This document shows positions 13,311-25,548 of a stretch of 64,000 nucleotides of DNA, piece by piece; the first letter of the stretch is position 1; each line of letters opens with the position of its first letter. The stretch spans positions 329,406,001 to 329,470,000 of the forward strand of contig OZ024741.1 of the NCBI GenBank assembly GCA_964016885.1, written 5' to 3'. The translations under genes were made by a program, and so were the position numbers. Origin of the DNA: Eledone cirrhosa (taxonomy: Eukaryota). Under the pieces are notes generated by a model. That model worked only from the letters and a program-made list of their open reading frames with translations. It was not told the DNA's origin and made no database searches.

Positions 13311-13408
13311 GTACTCTGAGGTAAATAATGTATTGGAGATCGAGTGACCCAACTTCAAGCGATTAGCGACCTCTAGACTCACATGATCAACGAAACAATT
13401 GTCAGTAC
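13311..13408 (+). ncRNA. Decayed hammerhead with long stem II, 3' of the 12.5 kb PLE fragment
   Basis: gtact CTGAGGT ...~70 nt... GAAA caattg TC agtac; A9 replaced by T, stem III ACAAUUGU palindrome. Confidence 0.55.
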
Positions 13409-13626
13409 TTGAAATAAAGCCCCTTATTGTACAGCCAACCATGTTACTCTTCATTCTTTCACTATTATTACTCCAAGTATAACCTGCATAGGAATTACCG
13501 CGAACTCGCGGCATAACTATGGAAGCAACTTGTTGAGTCAAACAAAGCCGTACGTTAAAACTATTCACGACGCAGAGTACTCACAACCTCTAACTGGATT
13601 ACCTATAATGATAACTTATTATCCCA

Positions 13627-14605
<979 letters not shown>

Positions 14606-14619
14606 TATATATATACATA

Positions 14620-14958
14620 TATTTGTTTTGAAAGGTTTTTGATATGAAATCGTGTGTCGAAACAAATATTGTTATACTTGGGGAGGATCAATACATACAA
14701 TACAGCAGGGGAAACATGATAATAGTACCACTGATGATGTTGCAGATGTGCAACGAAAGAACTTTGTTAGACTATATATATGTATTTATATCTGTATTTT
14801 TGACCGTTGGTCAGTCAGTGATAAACATTGATGGCCAAATGAATTAACTATGGAGATATAAAAGATACAGAAGCGAAAATCAACCAAACAGTGAATGTGT
14901 CCTGTTATTATTTCTGGCAATATTATTACAACAATATGACCCTCCCCAAGTATAACAA
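14620..14958 (+). mobile_element. Family B short element with inverted 3' tail (14620-14690); other copies ~19710-19898, 42399-42513, 43020-43495, diverged 8160-8420 and 48206-48390
   Basis: Shared gaattaactgtggagatataaaagatacagaagcgaaaaccaaccaaacagtg...acaacaatatgaccctccccaagtataac. Confidence 0.85.
14726..14769 (+). ncRNA. Hammerhead ribozyme motif (family B)
   Basis: tacca CTGATGA t gttgca-gatg-tgcaac GAAA gaac TT tgtta; stem I has one mismatch. Confidence 0.65.
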
Positions 14959-15306
14959 TATATAGATATATATCGTATTTCAAAGAAACTGGTCTATTAT
15001 TTTCAAATTATTTTGAAAATATTCAAGAATTTGGAGGGATTTACTAATATTACTAACTCTCTCGGTATTAGGTTGATGTTTCGAAGAAATAAAAATATAT
15101 TTTCACCTATAAATTCGTGCTTATATGGTGGTTTCGTTTCGGCAAAGTAATAGAGATTAATTAAGATAATTAATTAATTCAGACGCCAAAGCTCATCAGT
15201 AAACATTGTCTTAAAACTTACGTTATGGTTGTTCGTAAGTGCTCTATGTTGTTAAATGTCTATACAGCAAACTATCTCGCAGCAAAAAAGACACCCTAAT
15301 ATTATA

Positions 15307-15365
<59 letters not shown>

Positions 15366-15637
15366 AAGGTTAAACAAGGTTCAATGAATAAATCATTTTT
15401 TTTTCTCTCTCTGTCTTACTTCTTTCTTCAATAATTTAAATTATTTGAATCTCTAACAGTTATGTAAATTGCTATTATGTATTTTTTTAAGCTTTCTCAA
15501 ACGCACCCTCTGTATTATATGTAATTTTTTCATGTTTCAATCTTAAGGTATATAAATATTGAGTTTTGTCATATCTTATTCACTACCATGACTGAATCTT
15601 AACCATCTACTAAGTCAGGGTATGTCATGCATCATCT

Positions 15638-15704
15638 TATTTTATCTGATGAGGACGTACTGTTGAAGATAGCTCAATACCTCTGAAATATGTATAATAA
15701 AATA
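15638..15704 (+). ncRNA. Minimal hammerhead ribozyme in second family C copy (element ~15362-15751)
   Basis: One substitution from 11462-11528; element starts with an inverted copy of the 11.64-11.67 kb tail end. Confidence 0.85.
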
Positions 15705-15816
15705 TACTTGATCACACGAATGTCTATTTTTGTTAATATTTTGAATTAATATATATATATATAATATTATTCAAAATATTAACAAATGAAGATATTCACA
15801 TAATCAAAATTTATGC

Positions 15817-15879
15817 TTTATTATATATATTTCGAAGATACTGTGTTGTTGTTTTTCCAGTACGTCCTCGTCAGATAAA
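15817..15879 (-). ncRNA. Minimal hammerhead ribozyme (family C subfamily)
   Basis: Minus strand: tttat CTGACGA ggac-gtactg...cagtat-cttc GAAA tatata TA ataaa. Confidence 0.8.
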
Positions 15880-16099
15880 ATATATGATTTGATATATGAC
15901 ATACCTCTACGGTCTTGATATTTCAATTCCAGTCCAGTATTTATATATATATGTATATATATATAGAGAGAGAGGGGGAGACATGGGGGAGAGAGAGAGA
16001 GAATAAGGAAAGTACGAAGTTTTGTGTAGATGTTTAAAAGTCCTTTATTAACAGAGTTTTGATATATAAATATATATATATATATATGTGTGTGTGTAG

Positions 16100-18550
16100 A
16101 TAAATCTACCAAAATAAACGGTAGTGTCCAATTCGTATGAAGAACTCAATGTAATCCAAATATAGAAGATATCATGGAAAGAGAAAATGCATTCAAAAAT
16201 TAACGATAAAAATCATAGGAAAACAGAGTCAAGATAAATTAATAAAAACAATGAAATAAAAACAAAGAACAGGTTCCTTATATTGAAAAATTCATCATTT
16301 TACAATCGTTTCTGGGATATATATGTGTGTTGGTATGTATATCATGTTAAAGATCTATGTAAAAAAAAAAATTTAATTATCAGAGGAGATATACATACCT
16401 TCACCTATACATGCCATCTTCAGAAATGATGAAGTATGTTTATTGAAAGAAACAAAGTATTAATATAAAAGGTCTGTTTGGGAACAGGTTTTGAATTGAC
16501 CAATAGAAAAGAGTTAGAGGTCAAGTTGATAGAATTACAGTAGTAGAACATGATGCTAGGAGTGGAGGAATGTAAATTTATGCTTTGAATGAGAATAATA
16601 CAATGGGGAAGAGAAAGATAGGGGTTAAAATGAGGTCAAATCAAGGAGATAGTGAAGGAGTCCCCAAAAATTGGATGTTATTTAAAAATGCTGTTAAAAG
16701 CGAAGGGAAAGAAATTTGTGGGATGAGAGTGTTAGTGAGAAATACTAATCCTATTTAAATTTCAAGGAACATAAATACATAAAAGGAAATTAAATTAATT
16801 GATAGGTATACTTACAGAGTTAAAATTATATAATTCTTATGAATGTGATAAATAAAGAAGTAAAAAAAATAAATAAAAAAATAAAAAATATATATAGAAA
16901 AACTGAAATAGATAAAATTTTATAGAAAGCAGTGTATCTATCTAAACATCCATAATATTAAAGATATTAATTATATTTAATAATCCTAGGTTATTCAATG
17001 TGATAAATAGGGGATGCAGTTAAAAGAAGTAGTGAGGTTAAAGATAACTTTAGGAAAAGTGAGCTGTAAGAGGGAAATAAAATTATGAAATTCTCTGTAG
17101 TAAATTTCTAATTATAGGTTAACTAAATTAAAAAAAAATGTTAAATTAAATATAAGAGTGAGGTATATACTAATTAAGTTTATAATATTGGAAGGTTTTT
17201 CTAATTCTATGATTGCATGATATAATAAACTATTGTCGCTTATTTAATAGGATATCATTAGATTTCATGATTTCAAATAGTTCTTGGGAGCATAACCTAC
17301 ACTCATATCTGCTATTTTGATAAGTGGTGGCCCTTTTGAGCACGCTCCAGGTCAGATTGTAATCAATATCCCTCTTTCTATAATTATTAATTGCTTCAGC
17401 TAATGCGGCATTTTTAAAACTATGTTTGTGGGTATTAAATCTTACTTTAAATTGGCTAGATGTAGCTCCTATATAGGATTGAGTGGAGTCCTTAGTACTA
17501 ATTACACATTTATAGACTATGTTATTAATAAGACAATTTCCCTTTAATGAGCAATTTCTTTTGATTCTACGGTTACAACCATTCGTAAATATTGTATCAG
17601 GAGAGTTAATTGTGTTATCTATAGTGGTATTGGTGTTACTATTTTCATTAATGTATGGTTTAGAATGTGTTGTAATTAGATTAGTATGGTTAGACAGGTT
17701 GTTGGTGGGTGATAGTTTAGAGGATGTGCAGCTAGTAAAGTTCTGTTTGTTTTTGAGATTATTAGTCAAAATTGGTGAAGAAGAAGGTGGTTTGTTTTGG
17801 TTTATTTTAGTATCATTATGGTTGGTTTGATGTGTTGGTGGTATATTAATGGTTTCTTATACTTATATGTGTTGTAAGCACTTATATTCTGTTGTATATT
17901 CTTGGTAGTGGAGTAGGAAAATTTGACAGTAGATCTATTTAAAATTTGATGGTATTTATGGTTTGGTGGAAAGTTTTTCTCTAGGATAGCAAAGAATTTT
18001 TTAGGGATATGATCTTTAATCTGTAGATTAAATGGAGCATTATACCAAGTAACTCTTCTATTACGGTTTCGACATTGTTTCTTATATTTATATGATGTAT
18101 CGGGAGGTTTACTGAGAGAGTTACTATTAGTGATACTATTATACATAGGTTTAGTTAGATTAATTGATTTAGATGTTTTGGTATGATTACTAGGAATGTT
18201 ATTAGTTATGTTGTTGACATATGTTAGAGTATTAGGGTTTTTTGAAAATCATTATCCTTTATGTGAGAAGAGGAAGATAAATTAAGTTTTGGGTTGATGT
18301 TTTTAGGTGTAGTATGAGTGACAATTAGGTGTGGGTTTTTCATTTGGTGTTTGTTGGTAATATTAGGTTTTATGTTTGAATATTATTGGTGCAAGGTATA
18401 TAGACTAATTTGTTCTTGTGGCCGCTTCTAGCTAAAGCTTCATTATAAAAGGGCGCGTTTTTATCGAATACATCATGATTTGATGAAAGGTTAGATGATT
18501 CTGAGTGAGATATTATATGCTAGGTTTTTAAGGATAGATCTAGGGTGATT
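16100..18550 (-). mobile_element. 5'-truncated Penelope-like element: RT thumb, linker, GIY-YIG, 3'UTR and terminal repeat with HHR
   Basis: NHPRSILKNL...FDKNAPFYNEALARSG (18550 downward), RRVTWYNAPF...ILNRSTVKFSYS (17802-18146), CSLKGNCLINNIVYKC...YIGAT..FKVRFNTH...CRLCSQE...LLNKR (17230-17769); stops and frameshifts. Confidence 0.85.
16291..16433 (-). ncRNA. Hammerhead ribozyme with 104-nt extended stem II in the PLE 3' terminal region
   Basis: Minus strand: ttcatcattt CTGAAGA [tgg...ggtatgtatatc...gatatacatacc...cca] GAAA cgattg TA aaatgatgaa; 10-bp stem I. Confidence 0.85.
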
Positions 18551-19709
18551 CGCAAAGACCATAAGACAGTCGACGACCCGTCAACAGGACCACCAACAAG
18601 ACCTGTATGCGGAGCCAATATCGCTAGCAACTACAGGATCTCCTAATTCCTCTCAATGGTCATACGACCCATAATCAAGATGTCCCCAGATTTATGTGAC
18701 AGTACAGAGGACCTCCTCAGCAGAATCAATGAATACAACAAAAACAAAAACCTATCTAACTGCATAATAGGCAGTATGGACGTGGTATCACTATACCCAT
18801 CCATTAACATTGATTTTGCTGTGGAAAAATGTGTGGAGATGATCAGTGAGAGTGAGGTGGAGTTCTGCGACGTCGACACAAATGAACTGGGCCTCCTACT
18901 TAGATTTACCTATGACACCGACTACATAGACAGCCATGACCTTAGCCGTTTCTCCCCCAGTAGACCCATAAGAGGTAGACCTCTTACCATAACCTCAATA
19001 GCAAAATTGAGTCACATGGGAAGGTGGATTGGGTGAACCAAAGCCATACGGACCCCAAAAAACAAGGATCAGGTAAGAAAACTGGTCGTGCATGCAATAA
19101 GGGCTAGTATTAAAACTACCCTAAAGGGCTACATATTCAAATTCAACGAGAAGATCTGCACCCAAAATGAGGGAGCTTCAGCAGTTCTCTGGCTACAACC
19201 AAAGAAACAGAATCAGAGTATACGAAGTAGCCACGGAGAAGTATAAGACCCTCATAGAACTGGACATGAAATGAATTTGCCCATTATACAGGACCAAATC
19301 ATGGAATATCTTAAATAGAACTAAACATAAGATAGGGAAAGCCACCTCATGGTACGACAACCAGAGATACCAGAGTGTCATGTTCGTGGACACTACCCCT
19401 GGAGGGAAATTAGCTAACCAGTGTAGAAAGGCCCTGAGAAAGACCCACTTAAAGATTAAAGTGGTAGAAAGGCCAGGAACTACCATAAAATCTCTGATCA
19501 GCAAAACATACCCTTTTAAGAAAACCCACTGTACTAATATGAAATGTGTTATATGTAAAGTAAACCCCCAGATAAACTGTAAAACTAGAAACGTAGTCTA
19601 TAGCATAAGATGTACAGAGGGTACTTGCAGAAACCTGACAACAACATACATAGGCGAGACAGCTCGTAGCATAGGAGAAAGGATAGACCAACACTGGGGG
19701 GAACTAAAA
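18551..19709 (+). pseudogene. Second, unrelated PLE fragment: RT N-half, internal deletion, GIY-YIG
   Basis: RKDHK...PPTRPVCGA, GSMDVVSLYPSI, FKFNEKICTQNEG, then CTNMKCVIC...CKTRNVVYSIRC...YIGETARSIGERIDQH. Confidence 0.85.
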
Positions 19710-20050
19710 GACTATATATATGTGTTTATATCTATATTATATCTGTATTTTTTACCGTTGGTCAGTCAATGGTAAACATTGAGGACCGAATGAATTAACT
19801 GTGGAGATATATAAGATACAGAAGCGAAAACCAACCAAACAGTGTGTGTGTTCTGTTATTATTTATGGCAATATTATTACAACAATATGACCCTCCTCTA
19901 TATATATATATAACCAAAGATTAATATGGCTCGTTGATTACTCAATGAATACAATTTTACAATAGATTAAAAGCACTCAACTGAATAGTTTTCCTTGAGT
20001 TTTTAATATTATTCAAAATATTAACAAATGAAAGATATTCAAATATATGC

Positions 20051-20115
20051 TTTATTATATATATTTCAAAGGTACTGTGTTGTTGTTGTTTTTTAGTACG
20101 TCCTCATCAGATAAA
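20051..20115 (-). ncRNA. Minimal hammerhead ribozyme (family C subfamily; element ~19911-20170)
   Basis: Minus strand: tttat CTGATGA ggacgtact...agtaccttt GAAA tatata TA ataaa. Confidence 0.75.
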
Positions 20116-20748
20116 ATATATGATTTGAGATATGACATACCGCTACGGTCTTGATTATACAATTCCAGTATATATATATATATATATATACGTATATATA
20201 CGCCGTGCTTTTGCAGTTTCTGTCTAACAAATTTCCTTTAGACGACGCATTGGTCAACCCGAGTTTATATTAGAACTCACTTGCTCAAGGTGCCATACGG
20301 AGGGCGTGTACGCAAAACCAAGAGGTTGTAAAGCAAACGTCCGTGCCTGTTGCCTAAGGCAGTTATTGAACTTTATGATGTATCAACCATTTTGAACACG
20401 CAGCTGGCTGTTCATTAATTTTGGTTAATTAAACTACACTGTAATAGTTACTAAAAGTAACCGCCATGACTTTTACTTTAAAGGATTATGTGACATAGGA
20501 AAGCTGGTTTGTCACTAGATGAACATCCTTGGTTTTATTATATTAATTAAAACTACGTTGTGTGCTATCTCATTCATATCGAATGTTTGAGAATCTGGTA
20601 TCGCCGTGACACAGTCTCATTAATTTTGGCGCTTTTAATTAAACAGCAACGTTGTAATTGAATTTTTTTAACAACTTCTTCTAGTTAATTTTGAACTTTT
20701 TATTGTCTCGAAAATATTATTATCATTATTAATAGGGTGGTGAGGGCA

Positions 20749-20965
20749 GTGGATTAGCAGTATTGGTAGAGGGTCGGACACCATGCTTTGCAGCATAGAG
20801 TTACGGTTCTTTACGGTCTGTGTTCAAATCCCGCCGAGGTTAACTTTGCCTTTCATCCTTACGGGGGTCGATAAAATTAAATACCAGAAATAGGGTGGGA
20901 TCGATTTAATCGACCCCAAAATTGTTTCTGATTTAAGCACACGGCCTAATTAGAAACCATTATTG
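20749..20965 (+). mobile_element. tRNA-derived SINE family 1, near full length, sense orientation
   Basis: tagcagtattggtagag (A-box-like) ... gttcaaatccc (B-box) ... gcctttcatccttacgggggtcgataaaat. Confidence 0.75.
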
Positions 20966-21458
20966 CTCTGAGGCTAGAAGCCATGCGCTCTAACTTCAAA
21001 TCTCTCTATGGTCAACTTTGCTTTTTATCCTTTTTGGAATCGATTATTCTTCCCACCCTCTCTCTCACTCTCCCAAAACTAGTTCTTTGCGAAGAGAATT
21101 ACTTAACCCCGCAGCCATCCATGACTGCGTCTTATTTAATATTTTCTTTTTGATATTTTTCACAGATTTTTTAAATTGGTTTTTATTGTTTATTTATTGT
21201 TTTTTGTTATTTTTGTTTTTGGTTTGCATTTTTTGCTTTTAATTTTCAATATTTTTATTGATCTGGTAGTATATAGAAAAAAGTGTTTTACAAACGCTTT
21301 ATGCTTCATTGCAAGTTGCGCGTTAGTAATTCAATAGTAAACTGCGCGTAAATTATTTATTATTTATTACAAAGACTTTGTTTCAATAATTTAACTTAAA
21401 ATAATTTGAACAGGTATGTATGTATGCAATATATACATATATATATGTATATATATAA

Positions 21459-21530
<72 letters not shown>

Positions 21531-21538
21531 GTATGTAA

Positions 21539-21584
<46 letters not shown>

Positions 21585-23056
21585 ACATATATATGTGTGT
21601 GTGTACGTATGAATGTGTATGTATGTATGCATCTATGTGTATGTATGTTTGCATGTATATATATATATGTATGCACATATGTATGCATGTATATGTATGT
21701 ATGCATGTGTATATGTATGTATATATATATTATATGTTTGTATACATATATATGTGTGTGTGCGTGTTTGTACGTATATATGTATGTGTGTTCCTATGTA
21801 TGTGTGTTCCTATGTATGTGTGTATGTATGTGTGTGTTGACAAAATATAATAGCACAAATCAGCCAATGAAAGGTTGTCCGGTTCGCTCGTTCTGTCTCT
21901 GAAGTTGATAAATCTCATAAATTTCCAGAGGTAGTGAGATATACTGACAACCGTCACCAATGAACCTTAAAAATCACAGTTTTACACGAATTTGTATAAT
22001 TTACTTCAATATATAATCATTTCCTGTGAGCAACAAATAAATCACTAAATATCCTTACAACATCACAGCATTGTGGGATTATGCAGTGGAGGAGAGGGTC
22101 GTATGGTGTTGTGACCTATCACTTGCTTTGACATGGGCGTGTGAACTGTAATTTCCTTAGTGTGGTAAAAGCAAAAAATATGGTAAAAAAGAAGTGATTT
22201 TTTGGGGAGAAATGGGTGCATAGTTTTTAAAACGGAGGCACATTATAGAGCTAGCCTTAGGCTAAGTGAACGACGCCGGGTCTGGTTACACCGGTAAATC
22301 TAGTCGCCATATTAGATGTAAACTGAGCGAAAACAAAAGACACTTAAACGCTAGAAATTAGTTCTTAAAAGTATCAGTAAATGCTTTTTTTATTACACAA
22401 TCTTGAAACGGATAATGTTTTTTATTTTCTATTTTTTTTTTTTTTTTTTTAGGTTTTATTGAACGCTAAAAAATGTCGTATTCTTCATCAAATTTCAGTG
22501 CAAAATCTAGTTAAATCGTAGCTGTTAAAATTCAATTCAACCTCAATAATGGAATTACTCAAGTTCGAAAAAGAAAGCAAAATTTAAGTACTGAACTAGA
22601 AAAGTCATCTGTAAAAATCTCATAAATTTCCGCAATATTAGGAAGTTATACCGCTAAATGAACCCTTCATGACAGTTGTAAATTGAGTAAAAATGGAACA
22701 CACACACACATACACACACTTAAACACACACTTACATACACACACTTACACACACACACACATTTACACACACACATTTACACACACACACGCACACACA
22801 CACATATATATATATATATATGTACATACACACATATGCGCACTAGTGCATACGCATATATATTCACACAAATATACACACACATGCACATGTACACAGA
22901 CTGACATCTAATCGTCTACTTGTGCGTTCTTAATTTAATATTAAAAACTATTGCGGATTTTTGCATAATTTAAACAGAAACACGTTTCAAATTATAAATT
23001 TCAGTACAAAAATAGTTGAATAATCCTTGTTAAAATAGACTAAAATAATATATCAA

Positions 23057-25514
23057 CGGAGAAGAGATTGGCTAGTTGATTTTCGTCGACGCCTAGAATT
23101 TCTCCAAGTACGTCGTCGCTCTTCCCCTCCACTAATCCCCTATAGAACGCCAAGGTGGAGTTTCCACCGATCACATTGCCCGATTGGTCGAGGGCTGTGA
23201 GCGCCTGAAGACATTCCAGTCTCCAAGCGCTCCCTTTCGGTCTTCGCTTGACCCAGGACTGCAGCTCCGTCAAGGAGACGAGCTGGGGAAAAACGCGTCT
23301 AGCAAACGGCGACCACACCTGATCACCGTCGAGTGTCTGCGCATCATCAGCCACGGCACGCCCAGCCCTCCACGTAGCGGGTGTTGACAGCAGATGGACC
23401 GCATGACCGTCGGAGCGCGTCCCTTCCACAAGAAGCGAAAGAGCAAACGCTCCAGCGCAGTCAGGCGAGGCTTAGGACAAGGTACGACGGTCAGACGGTA
23501 GTAGATGACGGACGCGATGTACGCGTTAGCCACCTCCGCTCGACCTTTCAGGGATAGCTTCCTCTCGGCCCATTTCTGGGTGAGAGAAGCCACCCTGCTC
23601 GTCACCTCGTCCCAGTTTTTGTCCGTCTGGAGGTCTGGACCGAACCAGACCCCTAGCAATTTAACCGGTCCGTCCGTCCAGCGCCCGACGACGCTGTTGG
23701 ACGGCATGGACCTGCCTCTTCAGGTGCCGAGCTGCAGGCCCACTGACTTTTTCCTGGTTGATCATTGCTCCTGTCACCGCTTCGTATTCTCTTAGTGTAG
23801 TGCCGATCGCCTCGATGTGTTTGGCGTTCGACACCACTACGGTGACATCGTCCGCATATGCTGACACGGATCTTCCGCATCCTAGTTCGCGCGGGACCCC
23901 CCTCAACGTCTCCAGTTTGTGCAGTAATGGCTCGAGAGTCAATACGTAGAATAGGGACGAGAGGGGACATCCTTGGCGGACCGAGCGCATGATGTTGAAC
24001 GGTTCCGAAAGGTGACCGTTCACTCTCACTACAGAGCAGATGTCGCTGTGCATGGCAGCGATCCAGCCTCTGAAGACGGGCCCAAAGCCAGCCACTCTCA
24101 GGACTGCCGCTAGGTAACGATGGTCGACCCTATCGAAGGCTTTCGACTGATCTAAATTGATCAAAGACCCACCCGTGCCAGGTTCCCTAGCTACCCTCTC
24201 TACGATGTATCGCATGAGGTGGAGGTTGTCGTGGATGGATCTGTCGGGAAAGGCGCATGTCTGTGCCTCTCCCACCAGACCACCAACGACAAGCGCCAAC
24301 CTCTTTGCTAGCACCTTGGCCAAAATCTTGAACTCTGTGTTTAGCAGAGTTATGGGCCTAAAATTATCTATGTTATCCCCCTTGTTCGGATCCTTTCTCA
24401 GCAGCGCCACCGCTCCTCGGCTCACAGAGCTGGGAATTCTCCCGTTCTGTTGCCAGTTGCAGTAGACGTCCGCCAAGAGGCCTCCGAACAATTCTGGCAT
24501 TTGTACGTAAAGTTCATAGGGCAAACCATCCAAACCAGGCGATTTACCCCTTGTGCAGCCAGTCATTGCCTCCCGTACTTCAGCGGTTGTTATCGGCTTT
24601 TCGCAACACTCCGCCTCAGTGGCCGAAAGCCGCGGCAGTCCGTCGAGGTAGACACTAAAGTCCATCCCTCGATCCGGCCCGCCACTGCCCCCGAACAGTT
24701 GAGCGAAGTGTCGCTGAAAAGCTTCACACATTAGCCCGGGATCGAGTAGCATGCGCCCGTCGTGGTCCACCAAAGACCGGATCGTGGCTTTGTTGCCACG
24801 ACGCGCCTCCGCCACTCGGGCCCATTGAACGGCTTTCGTCCCCTCGTGTCTGAGAGCACGCACCCTAGCTCTGACAACGCAGCCTTTGTGCTTTGCATTT
24901 AAGAATTGGTCAAGGGCCAATTTCGCCGCAAGCACGTCAGTCGCGATGCCTTTGCTAAGCGCCTTGTCTAATTTTCTAACTAATTCTCCCTCTGCTTTAT
25001 TTTTCTCTATTGCTAAAGCCTTACTAAACCTAATGGACTCTATTCTAATTGCTCTTTTCAGAGCAAACCACCACTTGTTGTTGACGATGGCCCCCGTCAA
25101 TGCCCGCTTAACTAGTTCGCTAATCCGGTCTCTGTAGGCCTTGCGTGCTGGTAAGGACGCGTTTAGTTTCCAGTAGCCGGGTCCTCGTCTATGAAGCCTA
25201 TCTAAGTCAAGCACACAGATCACGAATTTGTGGTCCGTGTAGCTGACTATCTTGAATTGTGGACAGCCTATGGCAAGATCCAAACCTCTCCGAAAAAGCA
25301 CAGCAACTCCTCCCCCCGATCCCGGACGGCTGGGAGATGCGTACACATCGTAGCCGCCGAAGATCGGTGCGAAAGCCTGTGCTTCGGAGATTCTGGTCTC
25401 GCTGATGGCCACTACATCTATGTTTAGTGACCTGAGGTCGTTGAGCAGGTGGCTCTGCTTCCATGACGACCCCAAGCCACGCGCATTTATGCTGCCTATT
25501 CTGAGTGAGGTCAT
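23057..25514 (-). pseudogene. Tx1-like ORF2 (APE endonuclease with internal deletion plus reverse transcriptase), frameshifted
   Basis: SINARGL, ISET, TDHK, YWKLN, KSPGLDG, NFRPITLLN, LDQSKAFDRV, VRQGCPLS, AYADD, GGLGVP. Confidence 0.9.
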
Positions 25515-25548
25515 GTTGAAAAGGAGTGGAAAAGATGGGAAAGACCAC

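Noticed and set aside
19034-19036. In-frame TGA in PLE RT as possible selenocysteine (reported for some Naiad PLEs)
   Set aside because: The copy also has TAA stops, frameshifts and a large deletion; the simplest explanation is nonsense decay, and no SECIS was recognised
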